This document shows positions 36,241 through 56,466 of a stretch of DNA of 64,000 nt, piece after piece. The notes under the pieces are model-generated. The model searched no databases and was not told the origin of the DNA. It saw only the letters and a program-made list of their open reading frames with translations. The stretch lies in NCBI RefSeq assembly GCF_009914755.1, contig NC_060947.1, one strand, 5' to 3'. The DNA comes from the human T2T-CHM13v2.0 reference genome, Homo sapiens. Every line of letters starts with the position of its first letter. Within the stretch, counting starts at the first letter, position 1. The translations under genes were made by a program, and so were the position numbers.

Positions 36241-37934
36241 AGTTCAAATAGGAAAAGACTGGAAACTGCTGGGTAACAGGGGACAGATAGCCTAGTTTTA
36301 TAAATACTTAGCATATAATTCAAATTGTTTATGTATCATTAAAGGATGTATTCTAGAGTGTTTGATGATGGTAGTAATAATGGTGGTAGTAGTAATAGTT
36401 ACCATTTATTTAGCACAAACTCTGTGCCAGGTGCTGTGCTAAACACATTACATGTATTATCACCATTATCACATTAAATAGATGCTTAAAACAGCAACTC
36501 TAGCATGTTGTTCATAACACTATTGCCTATAGCAACAAATTATATATCCAATGTATCCCTTTAATATAAGTTTTATCCAGAAAAGATTTCTGACTTTTGT
36601 TAGAAGGGTCAGCTAGTAGCATTATTGATTTGAATTACAAATTTCCTTAAGATATCAACCCTGGAACATGATTAGTACAGGCCAGTCTGAGTTATGCGCC
36701 AGTCAAGAGTCCACAACTGTCAGATTTTTTTTATTATTATTATTTTTTGAGTCAGTCTTGCTCTGTCATCCAGGCTGGAATGCAGTTGATCTTGGTTCAC
36801 TGCAACCTCCGCCTCCCAGGTTCAAGTGATTCTCCTGTGGCAGCCTCCAGAGTAGCTGAGATTATAGGCGCCTGCTACCACGCCCGGATCTTTTTTTTTT
36901 TTTTTTTTTTTGTCTTTAGTAGAGATGGGGTTTCACCATGTTGGCCAGGCTGGTCTTGAACTCCTGACCTCAAGTGATCTGCCTGCCTTGGCCTGTCAAA
37001 GTGCTAGGATTACAGGTGTGAGCCACCGCATCCAGAGTGACATGTTTATACCCATTCTCTGGATAGCAATAGAACCAGGCTCAGGGCTGATGATATGTAT
37101 CTGAGTATATCTATTCCAAAGTTAAATAGATGGTGCTATTAGGTGTAACCTGCTCTTCTCCTATGTATAACAGAGTAGATCATTTTCCCACAGTTCAAAC
37201 TCTTTGAGCATGACATTTAAAGCTTTCTAATATCTTCACGCTTTTGGCCTCAGAGTCCTTTCTCCCTCCACGAACTTGGTGTGCCACTCACACAGGGCCA
37301 GTATCCTGTCTTAAAACATGCCAAGCACTTTCACTTTTCTGTTGCTTATGCTGGCAAACTCCTTGTTCTGAAGGTCCAACTGAAATACCACCTTATGCCT
37401 TTCTTATTTGTCTTCCACCTCCCAGCCCCTACACACACCCACTTCATCTTTGCTTTTTATTCCCACCCCACTTTGCTTTCATTTGACATGCACTTCCTTG
37501 TCTCTTATATAAAATCTGCTTCCAAGACTGGTTTCTTCAGTGGATTGTAAGGTCTCTGAGTAATAACTGAGGGTAATAACAACAGCTTATTAGCTGTCTT
37601 TTTTTTTTAAGAAAAAAATTCTCTCATTCCCCTCTGAGCAGAAAAATAGCTCATTAAACATAGCAAGTATTCAAAAAATAGTGAAATACTTAACAGCTAG
37701 CCATATTTTGACAATAGCGAATTATTGTGGTGAAGTAGTTGTTGCTAATTGTCAAATAAAATTTATATGTAGTAAATTTTCAGTTACCCACATACCAATT
37801 TTCTATTGTTATTTTTACAACCTTGGCTGTTTCTTCTACTTTCTAGCAAATGATTTGAAAAAAAACAAACTGATTTTAATACTTTAAGCAACATATAATT
37901 AGTGAGGTGATATATTCCTTAAGCAGCAATATGA

Positions 37935-38150
<216 letters not shown>

Positions 38151-39071
38151 TAGCTGGGGTTACAGGCACCCGCCACCATGCCTGGCTAATTTTTGTATTT
38201 TTAGGAGAGACAGGGTTTCACTATGTTGGCCAGGCTGGTCTCAAACTCCTGACCTCAAGTGATCCACCCGCCTCCGCCTCCCCCTCCCGAAGTGCTGGGA
38301 TTACAGGCATGAGCCACCACACATGGCCCAACACATACTTTTTGAACACTCATCTTCCCTCCACTCACTAACTCACTCCTCTTACTGCCTTTCATGGCCA
38401 CACTCCATCTATTGGTTTCTACTGGGAACCTTAGCAACCTCTTTTTCAACCTTCTGGTCATTTCTCCAATCTACCTCCTTCTCTTCACTCTCCCTTTTTC
38501 ATTTAGACCCTCACCATCTGTGACCTGGCCTGTGACCCTGCGTCTAGTCCCTCTTCCATCCACCATCAATGTGTTCTGCATGATGTTGCTAGGGTTACCT
38601 TTTTAAAGCAGATATGATCTTGTTTAAACAGCTTTGAGGTTTAAGAACTCAGAGGAATCTATGCTCTGGGTTTCCTATTGTGCTCAAAGGCTAAAGTCCA
38701 AAAACTACAATCTGGTTTTAGCCTAATTTCCCTAAATTTGTTTCCTGTTGTACCCTCGCAGGTACTAAGTTTCAGCCACCCTGAACCTTTCTGTTCCCTG
38801 AACATTCCTCTCTGCCTGAGTGTTTCCTCTCACTCCTTGAAATGTCCTCCCTCCTCTTCTCTATCTAATGAGTTGCTACTCCTCTATGAAGACTTCCTCA
38901 AGACCCACACAGAGTTCTCTGTCCTTTGAACTCTGTCCTTTGAACCCAAATCGTAACTCTGTTCTGCCATTTGGCTGTGACCTAGTTTCTGCTAACTAGA
39001 CTTAGACTTTGACTTGCTCAAGGACAGGAAAATGTCTTATTTATCTTTCGATCTTCAGAGTCTAGCTCAGT

Positions 39072-39072
<1 letters not shown>

Positions 39073-39140
<68 letters not shown>
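39073..39140. repeat. (CT)n(AT)n compound microsatellite
   Basis: direct reading. Confidence 0.95.
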
Positions 39141-39142
<2 letters not shown>

Positions 39143-40270
39143 TTGTAAAGGTGGGTGTTTGCCATCTTGCTTAGGCTGGTCTTGAACTCCTGGCCTCAAG
39201 TGATCCTCTCAAAGTGCCGGAATAATAGGCATGAGCCTCCCGTGCCTGGCCTCCAGGTCTTTTATTTTTCTTAAAAATCCCAAGTAGCTGGGATCAGAGG
39301 CACATGCCACCACGCATGGCTAATTTTTGTATTTTTAGTAGAGATGGGGTTTCACCATGTTGGCCAGGCTGGTCTTGAACTCCTGGCCTCAAGTGATCTG
39401 CCTGCCTTGGCCTCCCAAAGTGCTGGGAATACAGGCATGAGCTACCGCGCCCGGCCTCATTCAATATTTTGAATGTACAACTCAATGTGCTCTTAAGATA
39501 GAATTTGAAACTAAGATATGGTAAACACATTATCTGGCATTTTAAGAAATAACCACGGTACAGAAAGAGTTTACAGATGAATTCTGAAGGTAATTTTCAA
39601 GCCTCATTTTCACACTTAGCTTTAAATCCCTCCATTCTTTCATTCCCCTCTTGTGTGGGTCCTCATAAGCTTTGAGAAAAGACTGAAAAGGAAAAAGTAG
39701 CCCCGAAAAAGAGAAAGGACCTAGACAAGAAGTATCTTAGCAACCAAGAGTAAAATGTGCTAAATGACTTGAAAGTGATTACCTTAGAGTCATTTCATAT
39801 TATGAAAGTTTGGTTTCCCAGCTAGATTCCAGGATATTTGATGTAGTTATTCTGTTTATGATTTTTGGGCAGTATGCTTGGCAAGCTAGCTACTGATTCA
39901 ATGACTGTTTCAGCTTTTTGTTCTGGGTAATACCTCTACCTAAGCTTTAATGATGGGCTAAAACTGGCAAGAAAAATGAGGCAATTTTAAGATCTAGTGC
40001 CTTAGGAAAGAAAAGGTAGAGACAAACAAAATCCTCTATTGATGTTCTGCTCTGTATTTATTATGATAACAGTTATTTTGTTCTGTTTTGGAAAGTGTTG
40101 ATTTTTGATTAGTATAATTTTCAGTCAAGATCCAGTTGGATCTTTTTTTAACTTTGAACCTAACTGATACTGTTGCTGGCATGCATAAGACACTAAATAA
40201 ATATTTTAGGTAATTCAACATTGACTTAATGTTGAGATGTAATTAATCACAAACATTAAAGCAAGCTTGA

Positions 40271-40390
<120 letters not shown>

Positions 40391-41281
40391 TAAATTTTAT
40401 TTTTCTTTGTGAAAATACCTATGTTTCAGTAATTCTAAGTGAGGTCACGTGTAATATTAAGTTTTTATTTCTAGGAATGATTTCTTCAAAAAAAAAACAA
40501 AACTAAGAAGCACTTTTTTTGGCTTATTAGCTATTTTAATTAATTAATAATTTCTAGAAATACTGCATACTCTTATACCTTGAGTCTAGCTTCTTTCTTC
40601 CAGGGATCTGAAAGTGGAATGCTACACATAAAAATTAATTTTCAGCTTCATAATAACTGTAGTTATTATTTTTTTAACCCTCAGATGAGTTTTTTTGACA
40701 GATAAAATGGCCTTCATGCTATTGTTTTGTTCTTAGTGATCTGAGTTCAGGGACACATTGTACCTCACTGGTTTATATTTTGTGCCCATGTGCACGCATG
40801 CACGTCTCTGTGTTTGTGTGTTTGTGTTTGTGTATGTGGTTGGGAGGGTGTATGTGGGTGGGTGGGTGTGCACTCATGTGCACATGCATGCTTAATAGCA
40901 CAAGCATAATACAGAATTCAACCTTTTAATTATCCAAGGATTAGCCACAGAACTCAAAAGATCAAATCACCACTACCCCACAGGTGGTATTTTTTTCTTT
41001 GACCCAGCTACAAGCAGACATTTTTTCCCCCAAGAGAGGCTTAACTTATTATTCACTTAGTACTAACAGGTACTTTACATTTGTGGTCTCATTTTATCTT
41101 ACAACAACTTTATAAGGTCAGAAACTAAAAAGGGGAGAAATTTAGCAATTTACCCAATCTCCAGAGTTGGTGAATGTCAGAGCCAAGATTTGGCCCCAGA
41201 TTACTGGATTATTTTCCAGCTCCCCTTTCCCTGTTTCAGTGCACAAAGCCCATAATACCATCTTGTAATCCTAGTTATTAG

Positions 41282-44020
<2,739 letters not shown>

Positions 44021-44197
44021 ACTTGAACAACATGGATTTGAATGGCGTGTGATGTGAAACCCTCCTATACGTATGGGTGACTTTTTGTATCCTCGGGTTC
44101 CAGAAGGCCCACTGTGGACTTGAGGATGTGTGGATTTTGGTATTGCAGTGGGGGGGTGCTGGAACCAATTCCCCACATATACCAAGGGATGACTGTA
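44021..44197. mobile_element. MER8/MER2-type Tigger non-autonomous element (other end at ~42646-42670)
   Basis: ends ...ataccaagggatgactgTA; left end TAcaactgaccctt. Confidence 0.6.
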
Positions 44198-44612
44198 AGT
44201 AATTATGCATAATGCCAAGAGTACTGCATTAAAAAAAATCTTTTTAAATGGAAAATTTAAAACATGGAATATAGAATCTTCATGTACCTAACACCCAGCT
44301 TTAACAATTATCCACATTTTGTACATCCTTTTTCATCGATCTGCTTCTCTTTTAGGGGTGGGAGAGAGTGCTTTAAATTTCTGACATATCTTTTTACCCA
44401 AGTTTATGGGTATGAGAAGGACTTTTTTTCTCCATAATCACAATGCCATCATTATGCATAACAAATTACCTTATTCCTTAATGTCATCTAAATCCATGTT
44501 ATATTTTTCCTAATTCTTAAAAATGCATTTTTTAACTGATCCAAACACAATCCAAATATGACATTTAGTTGATATATATCTCTTAGATCTCTTTTATTTA
44601 AAACAGCATTTT

Positions 44613-45963
44613 TATTTTATTTTATTTATGTTCCAGGATACATGGGCAGAATGTGCAGGTTTGTCACATAGGTATACGTGTTCCATGGTGGTTTGCTGCA
44701 CCTATTGATCTGTCATCTAGGTTCCCTCCCCTCACCACCCACCCCGCAACAGGCCCTGATGTGTGTTGTTCCCCTCCCTGTGTCCATGTGTTCTCATTGT
44801 TCAACTCCCACTTAGGAGTGAGGACATGCATTGTTTGGTTTTCCGTTCCTGTGTTAGTTTGCTGAGGATGATGGCTTCCAGCTTCATTCATGTCCCTGCA
44901 AAGGACATGATCTCATTCCTTTTTATGACTGCATAGTATTCCATGGTGTATATGTACCAGATTTTCTTTATCCTGTCTATCATTGATGGGCATTCAGGTT
45001 GGTTCCATGTCTTTGCTATTGTAAATAGTACTGCAGTAAACATGCGTGTGCATGTGTCTTTATGGTAAAATGAATTATATTCCTTTGGGTATATACTCAG
45101 TAATGGGATTTCTGGGTCAAATGATATTTCTGGTTCTAGATCCTTGAGGAATCGCCACACCGTCTTCCACAGTGGTTGAACTAATTTACATTCCCACCAA
45201 CAATGTAAAAGCGTTCCTATTTCTCCACAGCCTTGCCAGCATCTATTGTTTCTTGAGTTTTTAGTCATCGCCATTCTGACTGGCATGAGATGGTATGTCA
45301 CTGTGGTTTTGATTTGCATTTCTCTAATGATCAGTGATGTTGAGCTTTTTTTCGTATGTTTGTTGGCCACATAAATGTCTTCTTTTGAGAAGTGTCTGTT
45401 CATATCTTTTGCCCACTTTTTGATGGGGTTGTTTGTTTTTTCTTGTTTCAGTTCCTTGTAGATTCTGGATATTAGACCTTTGTCAGATGGGTAGATTGCA
45501 AAACTTATCTCCTATGCTGTAGGTTGCCTGTTCACGCTGATGATAATTTCTTTTGCTGTGCAGAAGTTCTTTAGTTTAATTAGATCCTATTTGTCAATTT
45601 TTGCTTTTGTTAGAATTGCTTTTGGCATTTTCATCATGAAGTCTTTGCCCATGCCTATGTCCTGAATGGTATTGCCTAGGTTTTCTTCTAGGGTTTTTAT
45701 GGTTTTGGGTTTTACATTTAAATCTTTAATCCATCTTGAGTTAATTTTTGTATAAAGTATAAGGAAGGGGTCCAGTTTCAGTTTTCTGCATATGGCTAGC
45801 CAGTTTTCCCAGCACCATTTATTGAATAGGAAATCCTTTCCCCATTGCTTATTTTTGTCAGGTTTGTTGAAGAGCAGATGGTTGTATATGTGTGGTGTTA
45901 TTTCTGAGGTCTCTGTTCTGTTCCATTGGTCTATATCTCTGTTTTGGTACCAGCACCATGCTG
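44613..45963 (-). mobile_element. 5'-truncated L1PA (L1PA8-like) 3' end
   Basis: ORF2 C-terminal peptides (ORFs 44888..45403 and 45587..45997) and L1 3'UTR; TSD TAAAACAGCATTTT at 44599-44612 and 45964-45977. Confidence 0.9.
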
Positions 45964-46124
45964 TAAAACAGCATTTTCTGCCTGTTTTTTGTTCCATGCC
46001 TCTTATTTATTGAAGAAACCAGGGAGTCCATTTGTCCTGTAAAATGTCCCACATTCTGATTTTGCTTCCATGTGGTGTTACTATGTTGTTTTATCCTCTA
46101 TTTCCTGTTAAATAGTTTTTTTAA

Positions 46125-46310
<186 letters not shown>

Positions 46311-46904
46311 TAGAGAGGGGGTTTCATCATGTTGGCCATGGTAGAGAGGGGGTTTCACCATGTTGGTCTCAAACTCCTGACCTCAGGTGATCCGCCCATC
46401 TTGGCCTCTCGAAGTGCTGGGATTACAGGCATGAGCTACCGCGCCTGGCCTCCTGTAAAATAGTATGATGAAATTTGCTTTTAATTTTAAATGAACACAC
46501 AGCTCCAAGTCAATGTTAGGTTCTGGGCCAATATTTGGTTTATGTTACACCTTTCCTATTAAGCAGGTAATGGACAATTTCTTCTCAACTGTTGTTGTTA
46601 GCTGTTTTCTAAGTATTAAAGAGACTGAGACATCAAGCTAGAAGTTAATTTTCTAAACACAGTTATTATTCCTACATAGGAATTATTTTGTGTAATTTTC
46701 CTTTCTAATAAAAATTTTATTTTATTTATTTATTTTTCAGACAGGTTCTTGCTGTGTTGCCCAGGCTGGAGTGTAGTGGCATGATCATAGCTCACTGCAG
46801 CCTCAACCTTCTGGGCTAAAGTGATCCTCTTGCCTCAGCCTCCCAACTAGCTAGGACTACAGGTGCACACCACTATGCCTGGATAATTTTTTTATTTTAT
46901 TTAA

Positions 46905-47210
<306 letters not shown>

Positions 47211-47444
47211 TAAATTTTTGGAGAGATGACGTCTCCCTGTGATGCCCAGGCTGGTCCTGAAATCCTGGCCTCAAGTGGTACTCCTGCCTCAGGCTCCCAA
47301 AGTACTGGCATTACAGGCATGAGCCACCACGTGTGGCCCCTAATAAAAATTGAGCTTGTATTCCAAAAGATCCGAATGCATTCAGTCTGTAGTTCCCTGT
47401 TTCCCAAAGCTCTAAACATAAATTAGTGCCATGCAGAAACAGTT

Positions 47445-47852
47445 TGTATATTTGCTCAGGCTGCCATTGCAAAGTATCACAAACTGGGCGGCTTAAACAA
47501 CAGAAATATATTGTTTCACATTTCTTAGGGCTAGAAGTCTGAGATAAAGGTGTCAGTAGGGTTGATTCCTTCTGAGAACTGTGAGGGAGGATCTGCTCCA
47601 GGCCTCTGCCCTTGGCTTGTTGATGGCTATCTTCATGTTCACATAGTGTTCTCCGTGTACATGTGTTTGTTTCTAAGTTTCTCCTTTTCATGAAGGACAG
47701 CGGTCATATTGGATTAGGGCCCACCCTAATGACCTCATCCTAATCTGCTTGCTTCTGAATATATTCTGTCTCTAAATAAGGTCACATCCTGAGGCACTGG
47801 GGATTAGGACTTCAACACAGGAATTTGAGGGGACACAATTCAACCCATAACA
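47445..47852 (-). mobile_element. MLT1-type solo LTR (MaLR)
   Basis: ggctgcc...aaactgggcggcttaaacaacagaaat...gggacacaattcaacccataaca. Confidence 0.8.
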
Positions 47853-47962
47853 GTCTGCTCACAGTTTTTTGTTATATAGCTTTATATTTAATTCCTGATT
47901 TGTTAAACAGGATATGAGTCATTGGCACCCAGTAACAACTTAACTTTCTCTGTAGTGTCTTA

Positions 47963-48446
<484 letters not shown>

Positions 48447-49070
48447 TTACAGATTGTTTCATTCTTTCAACAAGCCTTTATTGGGTACTGTGCAGGCACT
48501 CAGTAACTAAAATCTTTCAGATGTAGTCTCCTCGGAGAGCAAAAGTTGGTAACTTACAGTTCCCATTTTTACCATGTATCCTGAAAAATGGAAAGCTAAC
48601 TTTAACATCCAAGTATAACAATTCTCCTTAAACTAGGTTTCTAGTATACTGTACTCTGCTTCTTACAGTTATAATGCATGGCTGTTGACCTTTTATACTT
48701 ATTTTAATAATCTTATTTTATTATAAACCATCTCAAATCCATTTTGGAAATAGGCAAGACATAAATGAAAAAGAGTCAACACTCTTCTCCTAACAACCTT
48801 CAATAGCTGATTTTAGCTAATGCTCCAACTTTCAGTGGGAGGAATATTAAGCAGAATTCTATCTCAGTTTCACAAAACTACCTGCTCTGTACTTGTTGAC
48901 CGAATGAACTACAAAATACTTTGAGTTTCACACTAGAGGAGACTATCTATATAATATTAAATTGAAGAACTATACTAACAATTACATTTTGCTGAATTTA
49001 CTGTTATTCCATTGCTTTTAAAAGACTAATTATCTTCTTAAATTACCTTTTCCAATTCCCTCATTTTCTG

Positions 49071-49186
49071 TACCTCATTGTGTGGTATCAAAATAGTCAC
49101 AGTTTTAAGACTCAAAGCTCTCGATTTGATACCTCATTGTATGGTATCAAAATAGTCACAGGTTTAAGACTCAAAGCTCTTGATTT
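49071..49186 (+). repeat. 59-bp tandem duplication
   Basis: tacctcattgt[g/a]tggtatcaaaatagtcacag[t/g]tttaagactcaaagctct x2. Confidence 0.9.
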
Positions 49187-49320
49187 TTCTTCAGTTCTTC
49201 CTTATTTTTCTACTGTATCCAATTAGGCTTCTAATCCTACTAATTCTTCCTTGACAATATCCTCTTTGTTGTCACTGCTGCTTCCTTCTTCTGTCCCATG
49301 GGTCTAGATTACTGAAATAA

Positions 49321-49605
<285 letters not shown>

Positions 49606-49699
49606 TGATCCACCCACCTCGGCCTCCCAAAGTGCTGGGATTACAGGCACAAGCCACTGTGCCTGGCCAAATTTTTTTTTTTTAAAAAACATCATTTTC

Positions 49700-51453
49700 C
49701 TCCCTCTCCCTCTCCCCCTCCCCCTCCCCCCTCCCCCCCTCCCCCCTCCCCCTCCCTCTCCCCACGGTCTCCCTCTCCCTCTCTTTCCACAGTCTCCCTC
49801 TGATGCCGAGCGGAAGCTGGACTGTACTGCTGCCATCTCGGCTCACTGCAACCTCCCTGCCTGATTCTCCTGCCTCAGCCTGCCGAGTGCCTGCGATTGC
49901 AGGCGCGCGCAGCCACACCTGACTGGTTTTCGTATTTTTTTGGTGGAGACGGGGTTTCGCTGTGTTGGCCGGGCTGGTCTCCAGCTCCTAACCGCAAGTG
50001 ATCTGCCAGCCTCGGCCTCCCGAGGTGCCGGGATTGCAGACGGAGTCTGGTTCACTCAGTGCTCAATGGTGCCCAGGCTGGAGTGCAGTGGCGTGATCTC
50101 GGCTCGCTACAACCTCCACCTCCCAGCCGCCTGCCTTGGCCTCCCAAAGTGCCGAGATTGCAGCCTCTGCCCGGCCGCCACCCCGTCTGGGAAGTGAGGA
50201 GCATCTCTGCCTGGCCGCCCATCGTCTGGGAGGTGAGGAGCCCCTCTGCCTGGCTGCCCAGTCTGGAAAGTGAGGAGCGTCTCTGCCCGGCCGCCATCCC
50301 ATCTAGGAAGTGAGGAGCGCCTCTTCCCGGCCGCCATCCCATCTAGGAAGTGAGGAGCGTCTCTGCCCCGCTGCCCCGTCTGGGATGTGAGGAGCGCCTC
50401 TGCCCGGCCGCGACCCCGTCTGGGAGGTGAGGAGCATCTCTGCCCGGCCGCCCCGTCTGAGAAGTGAGGAGACCCTCCGCCTGGCAACCGCCCCGTCTGA
50501 GAAGTGAGGAGCCCCTCCGCCCAGCAGCCGCCCCGTCTGAGAAGTGAGGAGCCCCTCCGCCCGGCAGCCACACCGTCTGGGAAGTGAGGAGCGTCTCTGC
50601 CCGGCAGCCACCCCGTCCGGGAGGGAGGTGGGGGTCAGCCCCCGCCAGGCCAGCCGCCCCATCCGGGAGGTGAGGGGTGCCTCTGCCCAGCCGCCCCTAC
50701 TGGGAAGTGAGGAGCCCCTCTGCCCGGCCATCCGCCCCATCCAGGAGGGAGGTGGGGGGGTCAGTCCCCCGCCCGGCCAGCCGCCCCGTCCGGGAGGGAG
50801 GTGGGGGGGTCAGCCCCCCGCCCGGCCAGCCGCCTCGTCCGGGAGGTGAGGGGCGCCTCTGCCCGGCCGCCCCTACTGGGAAGTGAGGAGCCCCTCTGCC
50901 CGGCCAGCCGCCCCGTCTGGGAGGTGTACCCAACAGCTCATTGAGAACGGGCCATGATGACAATGGCGGTTTTGTGGAATAGAAAGGGGGGAAAGGTGGG
51001 GAAAAGATTGAGAAATCGGATGGTTGCCGTGTCTGTGTAGAAAGAAGTAGACATGGGAGACTTTTCATTTTGTTCTGTACTAAGAATTCTTCTGCCTTGG
51101 GATCCTGTAGATCTGTGACCTTACCCCCAACCCTGTGCTCTCTGAAACATGTGCTGTGTCCACTCAGGGTTAAATGGATTAAGGGCGGTGCAAGATGTGC
51201 TTTGTTAAACAGATGCTTGAAGGCAGCGTGCTCGTTAAGAGTCATCACCACTCCCTATTCTCAAGTACCCAGGGACACAAACACTGCGGAAGGCCGCAGG
51301 GTCCTCTGCCTAGGAAAACCAGAGACCTTTGTTCACTTGTTTATCTGCTGACCTTCCCTCCACTATTGTCCTGAGACCCTGCCAAATCCCCCTCTGCGAG
51401 AAACACGCAAGAATGATCAATAAAAAAAAAAACAAAAAACAAAAACAAAACAA
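49700..51453 (+). mobile_element. Full-length SVA retrotransposon (SVA_D-like), sense to PABIR3, in intron 3
   Basis: CCCTCT/CCCCCT hexamers, Alu-like region, GC-rich VNTR ~50160-50925, SINE-R, AATAAA 51419-51424, A-tail; 16-bp TSD AAAAAACATCATTTTC at 49684-49699 and 51454-51469. Confidence 0.95.
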
Positions 51454-52001
51454 AAAAAACATCATTTTCACTTTCTTCCCCCCATACAAAATGTCACAAT
51501 GGCTTCCCATTACCTATTGAATAATAATAAAAATAGCTAATATGTGTTAAGCACTGAACTGTTTGCCAGGCAGTGTGATGAGAACTGTACAGCCACCTCA
51601 TCATCCTCATTCTTATCGTCATCTTCATATGGATGAAGAAACTGACGCTCAGGTGACGTCACCTGCCTAAGTTTGCACAGGTAGTAGGTTATAGAGCTGG
51701 GATTTGACTCAGTTCTGTTTGTCTCCAAAGCCGGGGTCCTGACAATGACGTGATTCTGCCCAAATTCTTTAAATTCAAACTGTTTGATTATTTAAGAACC
51801 TGTAAAACTGGCCCTGTCTTACCTCTCCTGTTTTCTCTCTCATTACTTTGTAGCACAAACTCAGTTTCAGCCAAGGTAGTCTCACTATCTCCAAATCTGT
51901 TGTATTTTTTTCCCTCTCCTAAACTTTTGTTCATATGGGTTCTTCTGCTTGGAATACCCTTCCCTCTACTCACTGCTTGTTCATATTTTATACATCTTTG
52001 A

Positions 52002-55560
<3,559 letters not shown>

Positions 55561-56269
55561 AAAAAAAAACTACCTATGTGAAAATGATACTTGTATATTA
55601 ATAAAAAGTCAAATAATATAGCAATGTACAAAGGAAGAAAGAACACATTACTCCAGATCTCACTACTCATTGATAACCACTGTTAAGTTTCTGGTGAACA
55701 TCTTTCTGAGCACCTCTCTTACAATTTTACATAAATAGGATCCATTTGTCTCCCATTTAATATGTAATAGTTGTTTTCTGATGTCAATGACTAGATTTAA
55801 ATTATGTTTGTCTCATCATTTACTTAAGCAAACTTACCCTGATAGACATTTAATTTGTTGTCTGTGTACTGTGAGTAATTTTTATTAATATCATAGTATT
55901 AATGGCCATCCATAGCTATTGTGGACTAGTTTCTTCTCTGTCCTAGTAGACCTTTAAAAAGTTTAGGGAAAACTGTATAATTTTGAATGCTTAATGTTGT
56001 TGCTTTTGAATAAAGAAAAGTACAAAGTTTTTCATCTAATCAGTTCCTGCATATCTGATGTACTGTAATGCATAAATAATAGATCTTTGGTGTGATAATT
56101 TGTGAAGCAATAAAGGGCAGAGAACCAGATACTTGTTTAGAGATTTATTTATTCTCTAGTTCTTCTATAGCCTAGTGAATAAAAATAATGGTGCATCCAA
56201 ATGAAATCAAATTTTATAAAACCATAGGAACTGGGTATTCAGTTTATTCTCATTTTCCTACCTTTACAG

Positions 56270-56313
56270 GAAGAAGCCATGGATTTAATAAATAGAGAAA
56301 CAATGTCTGAATG
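56270..56313 (+). CDS. PABIR3: PABIR3 exon 4 (EEAMDLINRETMSE+TG)
   Basis: acceptor cctttacag|, donor TG|GTGAGT; 44 nt. Confidence 0.93.
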
Positions 56314-56411
56314 GTGAGTACTGTACTTTGAATTACTATTCTGATAATTTGTATACTTAATTATATCTTTTCTTTCAGATAGGCAAACTGCAGTTTTGAT
56401 TTCTTTTGTAG

Positions 56412-56466
56412 GAAGCTACAAAGTGAGATACAGATAAGTCACTCTTGGGAAGAAGGCTTGAAACTG
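56412..56466 (+). CDS. PABIR3: PABIR3 exon 5 (W-KLQSEIQISHSWEEGLKL)
   Basis: acceptor ttcttttgtag|, donor CTG|GTATGA; 55 nt; QISHSWEE family motif. Confidence 0.93.

Noticed and set aside
44888-45997. 171-aa and 136-aa ORFs with real protein similarity
   Set aside because: Broken L1 ORF2 C-terminus of a 5'-truncated element; not a gene
50160-50925. Repeat array resembling CRISPR or a novel satellite
   Set aside because: Standard SVA VNTR with no unique spacers; eukaryotic context
49682-51351. Many overlapping 70-184-aa ORFs
   Set aside because: All lie in the SVA Alu-like, VNTR or SINE-R regions; GC-rich repeat artefacts
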